NCBI GenBank assembly: GCA_038245255.1 | Contig: JBBRSQ010000001.1 | Coordinates: forward strand, 2,335-66,334 | Length of the DNA: 64,000 nt | Direction: 5' to 3' | Source: Patescibacteria group bacterium | Lineage (GTDB): Bacteria; Patescibacteriota; Patescibacteriia; Patescibacteriales; UBA12465 | In this document: in pieces, positions 10,044-19,435 of the stretch | Layout of the letters: the number at the start of each line of letters is the position of its first letter | Numbering within the stretch: position 1 is the stretch's first letter | Notes under the pieces: generated by a model | Told to the model about the DNA's origin: nothing | Seen by the model: only the letters and a program-made list of their open reading frames with translations | The model's database searches: none | Translations under genes and position numbers: made by a program

Positions 10044-11498
10044 TTAAACTTTATATTGTTTTTTAATTAATTTATCATCTTCAACTCTTTTTTCCTCAAT
10101 TACTTCTTTAGCTTTTAATCTTAATTCATCAAGATCAAATTCATTTAACTGCTTTACGCGCTCCTTTAGCCAGACTAAGTTGTTTAGTTCTGGATCTTCT
10201 AAGACATCGCTCAGTAGTACGTCAAGAATGGCGCCAATCTTCGGGCTCGGGGCTATCTTTAAGATTTTAATTATATCATTACCATTAAGTTTTAACATTT
10301 TTACTGATATCGGATCATTTTGTACTTTCTCCATCATGTAGCGAAGATGTCTTAATTTATATGGCATTGCCTTCGGGGTTCCCGACCCTAATCGATCAGC
10401 CACTCTTAAATCAATCAGATCACTCAAATTATCTTTTCCAACTTTTACAATTAAGCGTCTGACCGAAGCTGCCGTTACTTCCCCAACATTATAATAAAAC
10501 ATGTGGTTCTTTACAAGATTGACGACTCTGGTTTGGTCAGCAACGGAAAACTTTAAACGCGTCATTATTTTATCGGTCATTCTCGCACCTAAATGTTCGT
10601 GGTTATAAAATGTAGCAATGTCATTAATAATCTTGCGAGTCTTTGGCTTTCCAACATCATGAAGAAGAGCGGCTAAGCGAACTTGCCAATCTTTATTGGG
10701 ACAACATTTCAAAGCTAATAAGTTGTGTTTAAAAACCGGGTAAACATGGTGTCTATCCTGATTGACACCGACTCCCTGCTCGAGCTCGGGCAAAATATAT
10801 TGTAATAATTTCGTCTCGTGTAAAAGCATTATGCCTTCATAAGCCTCATTAGAAGCTAAAATTTTAATAAGCTCATCACGAATTCTCTCTTTTGAAACAA
10901 ATTTTATACTACCGGCTAACTTTAAAATTGCGCGCTGAGTTTTTGGTTCTAATTCAAAATCAAGTTGGGAGCGAAAACGAATTGCTCGCAACATCCTTAA
11001 GGCATCCTCCTTAAAGCGATCACTAGGTTCACCGACAGCGCGAATAATTTTAGCCTTAATATCTTTCTGACCACCAAATAAATCAATAATTTTTTCAGGC
11101 GCGGTTGGGTCAAGTGCTAGGGCATTAATAGTGAAATCGCGTCGTTCTAGATCCTTATCAAGCTGGGTTTCAAACTGAACAACATCGGGGTGACGGCGGT
11201 CGGAATATCCTTGTTCACTTCGATAAGTAGTAATTTCAACTACATCCTCTAGTTGTCCTTTAATTTCTTTTTCAGTTACCTCAGAACGAACTGGCACTAA
11301 AACTGTTCCAAAAGTATTCTCATATTTTGAGTCAGGAAAAATCTTAGAAATTTGTTCCGGTAAAGCATTGGTAGTAATATCCCAATCTTTTGGTACTTTT
11401 TTCATTAAAATGTCACGCACGCACCCACCAACAATATAGGCCTCGTAGCCCGAGGCCTTAATATCGTTAATAATTTTTTCAATATATTCTGGAATCAT
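10044..11498 (-). CDS. cca: CCA tRNA nucleotidyltransferase (pol-beta head plus HD domain)
   Basis: GGCVRD...DWD nucleotidyltransferase motif and HD motif (LHDVGKP). Confidence 0.85.
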   Translation of the reverse strand: MIPEYIEKIINDIKASGYEAYIVGGCVRDILMKKVPKDWDITTNALPEQISKIFPDSKYENTFGTVLVPVRSEVTEKEIKGQLEDVVEITTYRSEQGYSDRRHPDVVQFETQLDKDLERRDFTINALALDPTAPEKIIDLFGGQKDIKAKIIRAVGEPSDRFKEDALRMLRAIRFRSQLDFELEPKTQRAILKLAGSIKFVSKERIRDELIKILASNEAYEGIMLLHETKLLQYILPELEQGVGVNQDRHHVYPVFKHNLLALKCCPNKDWQVRLAALLHDVGKPKTRKIINDIATFYNHEHLGARMTDKIMTRLKFSVADQTRVVNLVKNHMFYYNVGEVTAASVRRLIVKVGKDNLSDLIDLRVADRLGSGTPKAMPYKLRHLRYMMEKVQNDPISVKMLKLNGNDIIKILKIAPSPKIGAILDVLLSDVLEDPELNNLVWLKERVKQLNEFDLDELRLKAKEVIEEKRVEDDKLIKKQYKV

Positions 11499-11645
11499 TT
11501 TATTCTTGCTCTTTCATTACGCTCATTTTAACATCAAAATAAGCGTTTTTTTAAATTTTTTTCTAGTTCTATAACTTTAGAAGTTTCACCTTTAACTGCC
11601 AATATAATTAAACCTAAACAATGTTCAAGACAATTACGTTGTACA

Positions 11646-13409
11646 TTAACACCTAAACGAGACATAATCAAGTATCGGATTTTTTGAGTTTTTCTTTACT
11701 GATAAGATTGACGACTTAGTAGCTTTATACTTGGTATGTAAAACTTGAGCCGATAAATTATTATTTTTTGCCCAGTTGTAATATTCCATCATTTCGATAT
11801 TTTCATGGGCGCGCCTAGTTGTTCGTGTTTTATCAATTGCATATAGTCCTTCTAACCGTTTCTGACGAATGGCTTTAGTAGTCGGAATTGGTTGTCCGCC
11901 ACCACCAAGACAACCGCCCGGGCAAGCCATAACTTCAATGTAATGATATTTATGAATTGTAGGAAGGACTTTAGAAATATTTCCAATTCCATTAACAACC
12001 CCAACTTTTATTTTCTTGCCATCTAAATTTACAACTGCCTCTTTAAATCCGGCCAGTCCTCTAACTTCTTTAAATTCAAGATGACTGTCGCAAGTTTTAT
12101 TTTTGCTGCTCTTGCAAATTAAAGCATTGGCTGATCTTAAAGCTGATTCCATAACGCCGCCCGAAGCACCGTAAATAGCCGCCGCCCCCGAACCATTATT
12201 AAATAATTTCTCAAGTGGCGAATCAGGAAGTTGATTAAAATTTATATTATTTTTCTTTATTAGAAAAGCTAATTCCCTGGTGGTTAAAACGAAGTCAACT
12301 AAAGGTTGACCATTTAATTTCAGTTCACTACGAGCGGCTTCATATTTTTTTGCAGTACAAGGGACTATCGAGACGACAATTATATTCTTGGCCTTAATTT
12401 TTTGTTTTTTGGCCCAATAGGTTTTAATCGCTCCCGCTAAGTGAGTTTGCGGAGAACGCGCCGAAGTTAAATTTGGAATTAATTCCGGATGATAAAATTC
12501 AACATACGCGACCCAAGCAGGACAGCAAGATGTCATCAAGGGAAAAACAGATTTCTTATTCTTTAGTCGTTCAAGCAACTCCTCGGCCTCGGTGATGGTA
12601 GTTATGTCGGCGCCGAAATTTACATCAAAAACATGATTAAAACCGATTTTTTTTAAAGCTGTCACTATTTTCCCTTCACAATTAGTTCCATATGGCATAG
12701 AAAATTCTTCCCCGAGTGAAACTCTTACCGAAGGAGCAAATTGCGCAACAACTACTTTATTTTTATTTTTTAATAATAACTCAACTTGCGCCCAAGCCAT
12801 TTGTTCTTGCGCCGCCGCGACTGGGCAATGAAGTGTGCATTGGCCGCAGTAAATGCAAGCCGTATCTTTATCTAAAACTGGAACTACTTCTTGATTTATG
12901 CCGACCCCATCCATTTTTAAATAGTTTATTTTCTGCACTTCGCTGCATGCGTTGATACAATTTTTACAATCAATACACTGCGACCCGTCAATCTCAACCG
13001 CATTGGCAAATTTATATGTCTTTCGTTTAACTTTTCGATTTTTAAAATGTTTAATATCAACTTTATATTTAGCGGCCAATTTTAATAGCTCGCAATTATA
13101 ACGTAGAGTGCAAGTCGCACATTTTAGTACATGCTGGCCAAATAATAATTCTAGATTAACCTTTCGAGCTTTTTTAACTCGAGGGCTTTCAGTTAAAATA
13201 TCCATCCCGTTTTCAGCTATAGTTGAACAAGCCGTAAATAAATTATCGCGCCCTATTATTTCCACTACACAAATACGACAATTTGCTTGCACGCTTAAGT
13301 CGGGATGATGACAAAGGGCTGGCACCTCAAATCCACTTTGAGTAGCCACGTCTAAAATAGATTGCCCTTGCTTAAAATTTATTTTTTTGCCGTTAATTTT
13401 CAGACTCAT
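11646..13409 (-). CDS. hydA: [FeFe]-hydrogenase catalytic subunit (HydA-like) with an N-terminal 2Fe-2S domain and 4Fe-4S ferredoxin domains
   Basis: H-cluster motifs L1 TSCCPAW, L2 VPCTAKKYE and L3 MACPGGCLGGGGQP. N-terminal NuoG-like Cys cluster and two CxxCxxCxxxCP ferredoxin motifs. Confidence 0.85.
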   Translation of the reverse strand: MSLKINGKKINFKQGQSILDVATQSGFEVPALCHHPDLSVQANCRICVVEIIGRDNLFTACSTIAENGMDILTESPRVKKARKVNLELLFGQHVLKCATCTLRYNCELLKLAAKYKVDIKHFKNRKVKRKTYKFANAVEIDGSQCIDCKNCINACSEVQKINYLKMDGVGINQEVVPVLDKDTACIYCGQCTLHCPVAAAQEQMAWAQVELLLKNKNKVVVAQFAPSVRVSLGEEFSMPYGTNCEGKIVTALKKIGFNHVFDVNFGADITTITEAEELLERLKNKKSVFPLMTSCCPAWVAYVEFYHPELIPNLTSARSPQTHLAGAIKTYWAKKQKIKAKNIIVVSIVPCTAKKYEAARSELKLNGQPLVDFVLTTRELAFLIKKNNINFNQLPDSPLEKLFNNGSGAAAIYGASGGVMESALRSANALICKSSKNKTCDSHLEFKEVRGLAGFKEAVVNLDGKKIKVGVVNGIGNISKVLPTIHKYHYIEVMACPGGCLGGGGQPIPTTKAIRQKRLEGLYAIDKTRTTRRAHENIEMMEYYNWAKNNNLSAQVLHTKYKATKSSILSVKKNSKNPILDYVSFRC

Positions 13410-13448
13410 GATTTCGTTTTTACTTAATTTAACTTAATTTTAATTAAT

Positions 13449-14486
13449 CTATTTTTTCAAAATCGACAAGATATTTAGATAATAGCTTCTTATTGGAACA
13501 GGCAAGGAGCGTCCTAGCCCACAAAAACTAGCTTCCTCTAACACTGAAATTAAATCCCAAAAAGTTTCAAAATCTATTTCTTTTTGATTACTTAATTCCC
13601 AGAGGCGGTGAGTTCCCTCACGACAGCTAGTACAATTTCCACAACTCTCATTACGATAAAAATTAAGCCAGTATTTGATTAATTTATTCTTGTCGGTTTT
13701 TTTTAAATCATATACCATAATCGACCCTGCGCCCTCAACGGGACGATCGAGTTGGTCAGAGCGCAAAACTTCGCCGGCGGCCTCACCGCCAATTTGAACA
13801 AAATATTCAAAGCTAGGAATATTATTTGTTTTCTTTAAAACTTCACTAATCGTCATTTCATCTGAATATAAATAGACGCCCCGATGTTTTACATCACCAT
13901 TAACTGTATAGAAACGTTCACCATTGAATTTATTCCTCTCAACTCGGCTAACATTATAAAATGTTTCAGTGTTATTAATGAGGGTGGGCATATTAAATAA
14001 GCCTGAGCTGGCTGGATACGGCGGTTTTAAACGGGGCTCGACTTTCTTACCTTCAATTAAATTTATTAAGGCGGATTCTTCGCCGGAAATGTAGGATAAT
14101 TTTTCTGATTTAATCGTGAAAATTATTTTGCTTTCAATTCTTGAATATTTTTTTAAACTTAATATGCTCTTTAAACCGGCAGCATATTTTTTATAATATT
14201 CATGATTTAGAAAAAAATATATATTTTTAATTTTCTTATCTCCTAAAAATTCATTAGCTAAAAAAACTCCATTTATCAATTCTTCTCCGTAGTGGCTCAA
14301 AATAAAACCATCCTTTTTTACGCCAGGCTCGCCTTCGGCACCATTAATGATAATATAAGCGAACTTTTTTTCTTTTAGGGAATCTTTGACAGCCTGCCAT
14401 TTTTTAGCAACCGAAAAGCCGCCACCACCGCGACCTACTAAACCTGCGTTTTCAATTTTGTTTATAAGACTGATATTTTTTGACAT
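13449..14486 (-). CDS. NuoF-like flavoprotein (NADH-binding 51-kDa subunit homolog); likely the hydrogenase partner HydB
   Basis: FMN-site motif GRGGGGFSVAKKW, NADH motif GAEGEPG and a C-terminal 4Fe-4S motif CGNCTSCREG. Confidence 0.75.
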   Translation of the reverse strand: MSKNISLINKIENAGLVGRGGGGFSVAKKWQAVKDSLKEKKFAYIIINGAEGEPGVKKDGFILSHYGEELINGVFLANEFLGDKKIKNIYFFLNHEYYKKYAAGLKSILSLKKYSRIESKIIFTIKSEKLSYISGEESALINLIEGKKVEPRLKPPYPASSGLFNMPTLINNTETFYNVSRVERNKFNGERFYTVNGDVKHRGVYLYSDEMTISEVLKKTNNIPSFEYFVQIGGEAAGEVLRSDQLDRPVEGAGSIMVYDLKKTDKNKLIKYWLNFYRNESCGNCTSCREGTHRLWELSNQKEIDFETFWDLISVLEEASFCGLGRSLPVPIRSYYLNILSILKK

Positions 14487-14495
14487 CTAGACGAA

Positions 14496-14930
14496 CTAAT
14501 ATATTTTTTTAGCAAGAAAATTATTAATCATTAACTCAGTTCCTTCAAATAATGGACTTGGTAAATTGTTCAATGAAAAATAAGTCCACTCCAGGCATTT
14601 ATCCGGTTCCATTAATTCTAAAATTCCGGAGACAGTATTTGCTTTTACCCCGATATTCAAGTAGTGCTTTCCGTCTGTTTTAATATATCTCATTTCATCG
14701 GCCACGGAAATAAGTTCAAGATCGGAAATATCTAAGTTAGTTTCTTCCTTAACTTCGCGAATGGCAGTTTCAAGTATCGTTTCCCCAAATTCTAAATGAC
14801 CTCCCGGAAAACTCCACTCACCACTACCATGAGAGCCCTGGCGCAGACCTAAAAGGAGTTCTTTATTTTTATTAAGAACCATGACGCCAATTCCTATTTT
14901 TGGATATTTTTTTTCAATTTTAGTTTCCAT
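14496..14930 (-). CDS. NUDIX hydrolase
   Basis: Nudix box GGHLEFGETILETAIREVKEETNL. Confidence 0.85.
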   Translation of the reverse strand: METKIEKKYPKIGIGVMVLNKNKELLLGLRQGSHGSGEWSFPGGHLEFGETILETAIREVKEETNLDISDLELISVADEMRYIKTDGKHYLNIGVKANTVSGILELMEPDKCLEWTYFSLNNLPSPLFEGTELMINNFLAKKIY

Positions 14931-14939
14931 TTCTTTTTT

Positions 14940-15671
14940 TTATCTCGCTGTCCAGCCACCATCAACGTGCAAAACCGTGCCGGTAATGTATTTTGAATCA
15001 TCACTGGCTAAATATAAAGCCGCATTTGCGATGTCGAGGGCTTCACCAGCATAACCAAGAGGGGTACTTGTTTCAACCATTGATTTAAAATTCGGGTCAT
15101 TTAAAATATCCTTAGTCATGTTTGTTTTAATAAAAGCGGGCGCGATTGCGTTTACTCTTATTCCCGCGGCAGCCAAATCAAGAGCAGAAGCATGAGTTAA
15201 TTGAACGACTCCACCTTTACTCGCGCAATACGCCAGCGCTCCTTGTAATCCAACTGTACCTAAAATAGAACTCATATTAATTATGGCTCCCTTTATGTTT
15301 TCTTTTTTCATTTCCTTGGCAGCCGCACGGACGCCATAAAATACACCCGATAAATTAACACCAATTGTTTTATCCCAGGATTCATCGGTAACATCAGTAA
15401 TGCCACCCAGCGAGCCGATACCGGCATTGTTTATCATAATGTCTAGTCTACCAAATTTATCAACGGCCGATTTAACGAGCATATCTACTTCACTAGATTT
15501 AGAAACATCACATTTTACAAACATCGCTTTAGCTGAATCAAGTTTTAGCTCCCCTTCACTTAAATCCGCATAAATTACCTTTGCCCCTTCAGACACAAAT
15601 AAATCAGCAATTGCTAAGCCAAGGCCAGAAGCTGCACCAGTTACAACCGCAACCTTATTTTCTAATTTCAT
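14940..15671 (-). CDS. short-chain dehydrogenase/reductase (FabG-like)
   Basis: TGAASGLG Rossmann motif, NNAG motif and catalytic YxxxK (YCASKGG). Confidence 0.85.
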   Translation of the reverse strand: MKLENKVAVVTGAASGLGLAIADLFVSEGAKVIYADLSEGELKLDSAKAMFVKCDVSKSSEVDMLVKSAVDKFGRLDIMINNAGIGSLGGITDVTDESWDKTIGVNLSGVFYGVRAAAKEMKKENIKGAIINMSSILGTVGLQGALAYCASKGGVVQLTHASALDLAAAGIRVNAIAPAFIKTNMTKDILNDPNFKSMVETSTPLGYAGEALDIANAALYLASDDSKYITGTVLHVDGGWTAR

Positions 15672-15682
15672 ATATTATATAA

Positions 15683-16696
15683 TTAATTAATAAACTTTTT
15701 TAAATGATCAGCTAACTCAACAAAACGATTTGAGTATCCCCATTCATTGTCATACCAAGCAACGACTTTTAGTAAGTCGCCATCAACTAGTTTAGTTGTT
15801 AAAAGATCAACCACTGAACTATAAGGACTACCGACAATGTCGGTTGAAACTAGCTCTTCATTTGATGCTTCAATAATTCCTTTCATTTTTCCTTTGGCCG
15901 CTTTAATAAAAGCATTATTAACATCGGTAACGGTTGTCTTTTTACCCAAAAGATAAACAGTATCGCAAAGCGAGGCGACTGGGGTAGGAACTCGGACCGC
16001 TAAGCCATCAAATTTATTTTTTAGAGATGGAATTGTTTCCGTTACTGAAATCGCCGCGCCTGTCGTTGTTGGTATTATATTGAGAGCGGCCGCGCGCGCA
16101 CGACGTAAGTCTTTATGCGGCCCGTCAACTAAGTTTTGATCGGCAGTATAGGAATGAATTGTCGTCATTATTGCTTTTTTAATGCCAAAATTCTCTTTAA
16201 TGACAGCTGTTGTTGGCGCTAAGCAATTTGTTGTACACGAGGCACACGAAATAATATTATCTGATTTTAATAATTTATTTTCGTTCACTCCTAAAACGAT
16301 TGTTTTTACACCACCTTTTTTAGCTGGCGCCGAGAGAATAACCTTTTTAGCTCCCGCTTTAAGATGTAAATTTAGATCTTCCTTGTTTGTGAATCTGCCC
16401 GTGCATTCTAGCACAACGTCAACTTTTAAGGCTCCCCAGGGCAATAAGCTCGGATCCTTAAGGGCGAGAACGGGTATTTTATGTCCATCAACCAAAATTG
16501 CATCTTTAGTTGAACTTATTTTTTTGCTATATTTACCATAACAAGAATCATATTGCATTAAGTGAGCCAGGGTTCCTGGATCAGTTAAATCATTGATGGC
16601 AACAATTTCCATGTTTGGAAAACGATTTAGTATAATCTTCGCGGCTGCTCGGCCAATACGACCAAAACCATTGATCGCAATCTTCATTTTTTTCAT
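15683..16696 (-). CDS. gap: glyceraldehyde-3-phosphate dehydrogenase
   Basis: INGFGRIGR NAD-binding motif and ASCTTNCLAP active-site motif. Confidence 0.95.
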   Translation of the reverse strand: MKKMKIAINGFGRIGRAAAKIILNRFPNMEIVAINDLTDPGTLAHLMQYDSCYGKYSKKISSTKDAILVDGHKIPVLALKDPSLLPWGALKVDVVLECTGRFTNKEDLNLHLKAGAKKVILSAPAKKGGVKTIVLGVNENKLLKSDNIISCASCTTNCLAPTTAVIKENFGIKKAIMTTIHSYTADQNLVDGPHKDLRRARAAALNIIPTTTGAAISVTETIPSLKNKFDGLAVRVPTPVASLCDTVYLLGKKTTVTDVNNAFIKAAKGKMKGIIEASNEELVSTDIVGSPYSSVVDLLTTKLVDGDLLKVVAWYDNEWGYSNRFVELADHLKKFIN

Positions 16697-16756
16697 ATTT
16701 ATGACGATAAATTATTTTTTAGACATATATATTATAACATATTTTTAAAAATATTA

Positions 16757-16795
16757 AAAAAACACGCCTTGGTTAAAAGCGTGTTTTAGGTGAAG
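16757..16795. terminator. bidirectional Rho-independent terminator
   Basis: A7 run, stem aacacgc/gcgtgtt (7 bp), then a T-run. Downstream of the - strand PSP1-like gene. Confidence 0.65.
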
Positions 16796-16827
16796 ATTTT
16801 TTTATTAGTATTTTTAATTATCTATGG

Positions 16828-17640
16828 CTATTTCTTCTGATGACGATTAATATCAACTTGGATTATTACATCGCGCTCCCCTTCTTTATTGGCATTTATC
16901 TTAACATCAACTGTTTGCTTTAAAATATGATGTGCGGTGACGACGCCCCTAGTGCCGTCAACATTAACTTTAGTGCCAATCGGAGGTAATTTTCCGGCCA
17001 TATCTTTATAGCCTTCATATTCATATGACAGGCAGCACATTAAACGCCCACACATTCCTGAAATTCTTTCTGAGCCACGATGAACAACTTGTTGCGCTTC
17101 GGCCATCTCCGAAGTAATGGACGAAAATTCTTTCAAAAATCCGCGACAACATAAAGTTCGTCCGCAGGGACCACAATCGCCGGTTATTTTAGCTTCATCG
17201 CGAGTACCGATTTGTGTCAGTCTAATATTTACACCAAAATGCGCCGCCAAGTCTTTAACAAGCTCACGAAAATCTACTCTTCCGTCAGAAATAAAAGCGA
17301 AATTAATACGATTTCCTTCAAATGAAAAATGCATATCTACTAATTTCATCGGCAACTTATATTTCAAAATCATTTGTCGACAAAATTCCATCGCTTCTTC
17401 TTTTTTTTCGGCAGTCGGTAGTTTCGCAATGTCGTCGTATTCAGCCTTACGAATAATCGGTTTTAATTCGCGTTTGTCATCTTTAATATTAATCTCGTCA
17501 ACTAAAGATAGGAGCTTTCCTAATTCAAGGCCAAGCTCCGTATCAACAATGACAAAATCGCCAACGGCTACATCTGCTTTGCCTAAGGAAAAATTATAAA
17601 TTTTATCCCAAGGAGCAAATTGTACTTGAGCGTATATCAT
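16828..17640 (-). CDS. PSP1 C-terminal-domain protein (RicT/YaaT-like) with a C-terminal TRAM-like extension
   Basis: Cys-rich PSP1 core DCGPCGRTLCCRGFL...MCGRLMCCLSYE. Confidence 0.75.
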   Translation of the reverse strand: MIYAQVQFAPWDKIYNFSLGKADVAVGDFVIVDTELGLELGKLLSLVDEINIKDDKRELKPIIRKAEYDDIAKLPTAEKKEEAMEFCRQMILKYKLPMKLVDMHFSFEGNRINFAFISDGRVDFRELVKDLAAHFGVNIRLTQIGTRDEAKITGDCGPCGRTLCCRGFLKEFSSITSEMAEAQQVVHRGSERISGMCGRLMCCLSYEYEGYKDMAGKLPPIGTKVNVDGTRGVVTAHHILKQTVDVKINANKEGERDVIIQVDINRHQKK

Positions 17641-17684
17641 GAAAATAATTAACCAAACTGTAAATTTGGTTTATATTAATTTAT

Positions 17685-18479
17685 TTATAATGAGAAGCGA
17701 AAAAATTTAATGACATTAACACCACTTAAAATATCTTTAATTTTTTTCTTATCATCTTTGATGAACTCCTGTTCAACTAAACAAACTTCAGAATAGTATT
17801 TCCCTGATTTTCCTTCTACTATTTTATCAACCATCGCTTCCGGCTTTCCTTCTTTGATTAATTGAGCCTTATATATTTCTCTTTCTTTTTCCATTTCAGT
17901 CGGGTCAACTTCTGAAGATAAAATATATTTTGGATTAGCTGCGGCTACTTGCATCGCTAAATCCATTGCTAATTCTTCTTTTTCCGCTTGATCAAGCGCA
18001 ATCAAAACACCCATTTTTCCGCCTAAATGAGAATATGCAGCTACGGTTGGACCACTTAAAATCTCATATCTTGAAATGCTTAACTTTTCACCGATCGTTC
18101 CACTTAAGCTATCAAGGTCCTCTTGAACGGTTCCACTAACAAGTTTTGCGCTCAAAAGGGCTTCCAGACTTGCTGGTTTAGTGGATTTGATTAATTCCAT
18201 TACAGAATCTGCAAAAGCTTGAAATTTTTCATTTCGGGAAACAAAATCTGTTTCAGAATTAAGTTCTAATATATAGCCTTCATTTTTAGCCTCATTAACG
18301 GCTACTTTAACTATGCCTTCATTAGTATCACGATCTGTTCTCTTAGCAGCTTTAGCAATTCCTTTTTTACGTAAAATCTCGACTGCTTTTTCAAGGTTAT
18401 TGTCAGCTTCTTTAAGAGCCTTTTGACAATCAACCATACCTGCACCTGTCATTTCACGGAGCTTTTTAATTAATTCCAT
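17685..18479 (-). CDS. tsf: elongation factor Ts
   Basis: UBA-like N-terminus LIKKLREMTGAGMVDCQKAL. Conserved position downstream of rpsB. Confidence 0.95.
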   Translation of the reverse strand: MELIKKLREMTGAGMVDCQKALKEADNNLEKAVEILRKKGIAKAAKRTDRDTNEGIVKVAVNEAKNEGYILELNSETDFVSRNEKFQAFADSVMELIKSTKPASLEALLSAKLVSGTVQEDLDSLSGTIGEKLSISRYEILSGPTVAAYSHLGGKMGVLIALDQAEKEELAMDLAMQVAAANPKYILSSEVDPTEMEKEREIYKAQLIKEGKPEAMVDKIVEGKSGKYYSEVCLVEQEFIKDDKKKIKDILSGVNVIKFFRFSL

Positions 18480-18508
18480 ATTTTTAAGGATTAAATTTAA
18501 ATTAACAC

Positions 18509-19234
18509 TTACGCTTTAACACTTTTTTTTGCTTCAAGCAGTGCCTCCTTGATTGTATCTAAAAGAATTTTAATTGTTTTTGTAGAATCATCATTCGCAG
18601 GAATAGCGTAAGTTACTTCTTCTGGATTAACATTAGTATCACAAATTCCAATAATTGGGATGTTTTTTTGTTGAGCTTCTTTAATTGCGGTTTCTTCTTC
18701 TTTAATATCCCAAACAAAAAGAGCGTCTGGCATTTTGTTTAAACTGGTTAAACCACCAACGCGCATTTCTAATTTTTTAATATCGCGATCAAAGTTTAAG
18801 CGTTCTTTCTTTGTATATTTTTCAAGTTTGCCTGTTTCTCTTTTTTCAATTAAGTCTAAATATTTTTTAACTGATTTTTTTACAACTAAAAAATTGGTTA
18901 AATATCCGCCCAACCATTTTCCAACGATATAAGGCTGCGCAACTTCAACGGCCATTTTCTTCAAGGGCTCTGAAACTTGATTTTTAGTGCCCACAAAAAG
19001 AATACTCTTACCTTCGGCAACAAGCTTAACCATAAAGCCTAGCGCTTCTTGAAGTTGATCTTGAGTCTTTTTTAAATCAATAATATAAATGCCGTTTTTT
19101 GAAGTAAAGATAAATTGCTTCATCTTCGGGTGCCAACGATTTGTTCGATGACCAAAGTGCATACCGGCTTTTAACATGTCTTCTAGTTTTGGAACTTTTA
19201 CCATATTTTTTTCTTTTAACGTCTGCCTACTCAA
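18509..19234 (-). CDS. rpsB: 30S ribosomal protein S2
   Basis: MLKAGMHFGHRTNRWHPKMKQFIF signature. Confidence 0.95.
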   Translation of the reverse strand: MSRQTLKEKNMVKVPKLEDMLKAGMHFGHRTNRWHPKMKQFIFTSKNGIYIIDLKKTQDQLQEALGFMVKLVAEGKSILFVGTKNQVSEPLKKMAVEVAQPYIVGKWLGGYLTNFLVVKKSVKKYLDLIEKRETGKLEKYTKKERLNFDRDIKKLEMRVGGLTSLNKMPDALFVWDIKEEETAIKEAQQKNIPIIGICDTNVNPEEVTYAIPANDDSTKTIKILLDTIKEALLEAKKSVKA

Positions 19235-19435
19235 ATATAATATTTATTATTATACAAGAAAATGATTGTAAGCATGATAATTTATTAAATAAAAAGAGGT
19301 AGCTTCTAGAGGCTAATCTCTGTTACTAAGATATATTAAAATAGCTGAGTTGTCAAGCAGAAATGGCTTTAAAAGCAATAAATATTGACATTATACTTTA
19401 AAAATGGCGAGCTTCATAAAAAAACCGGCTTGAGC

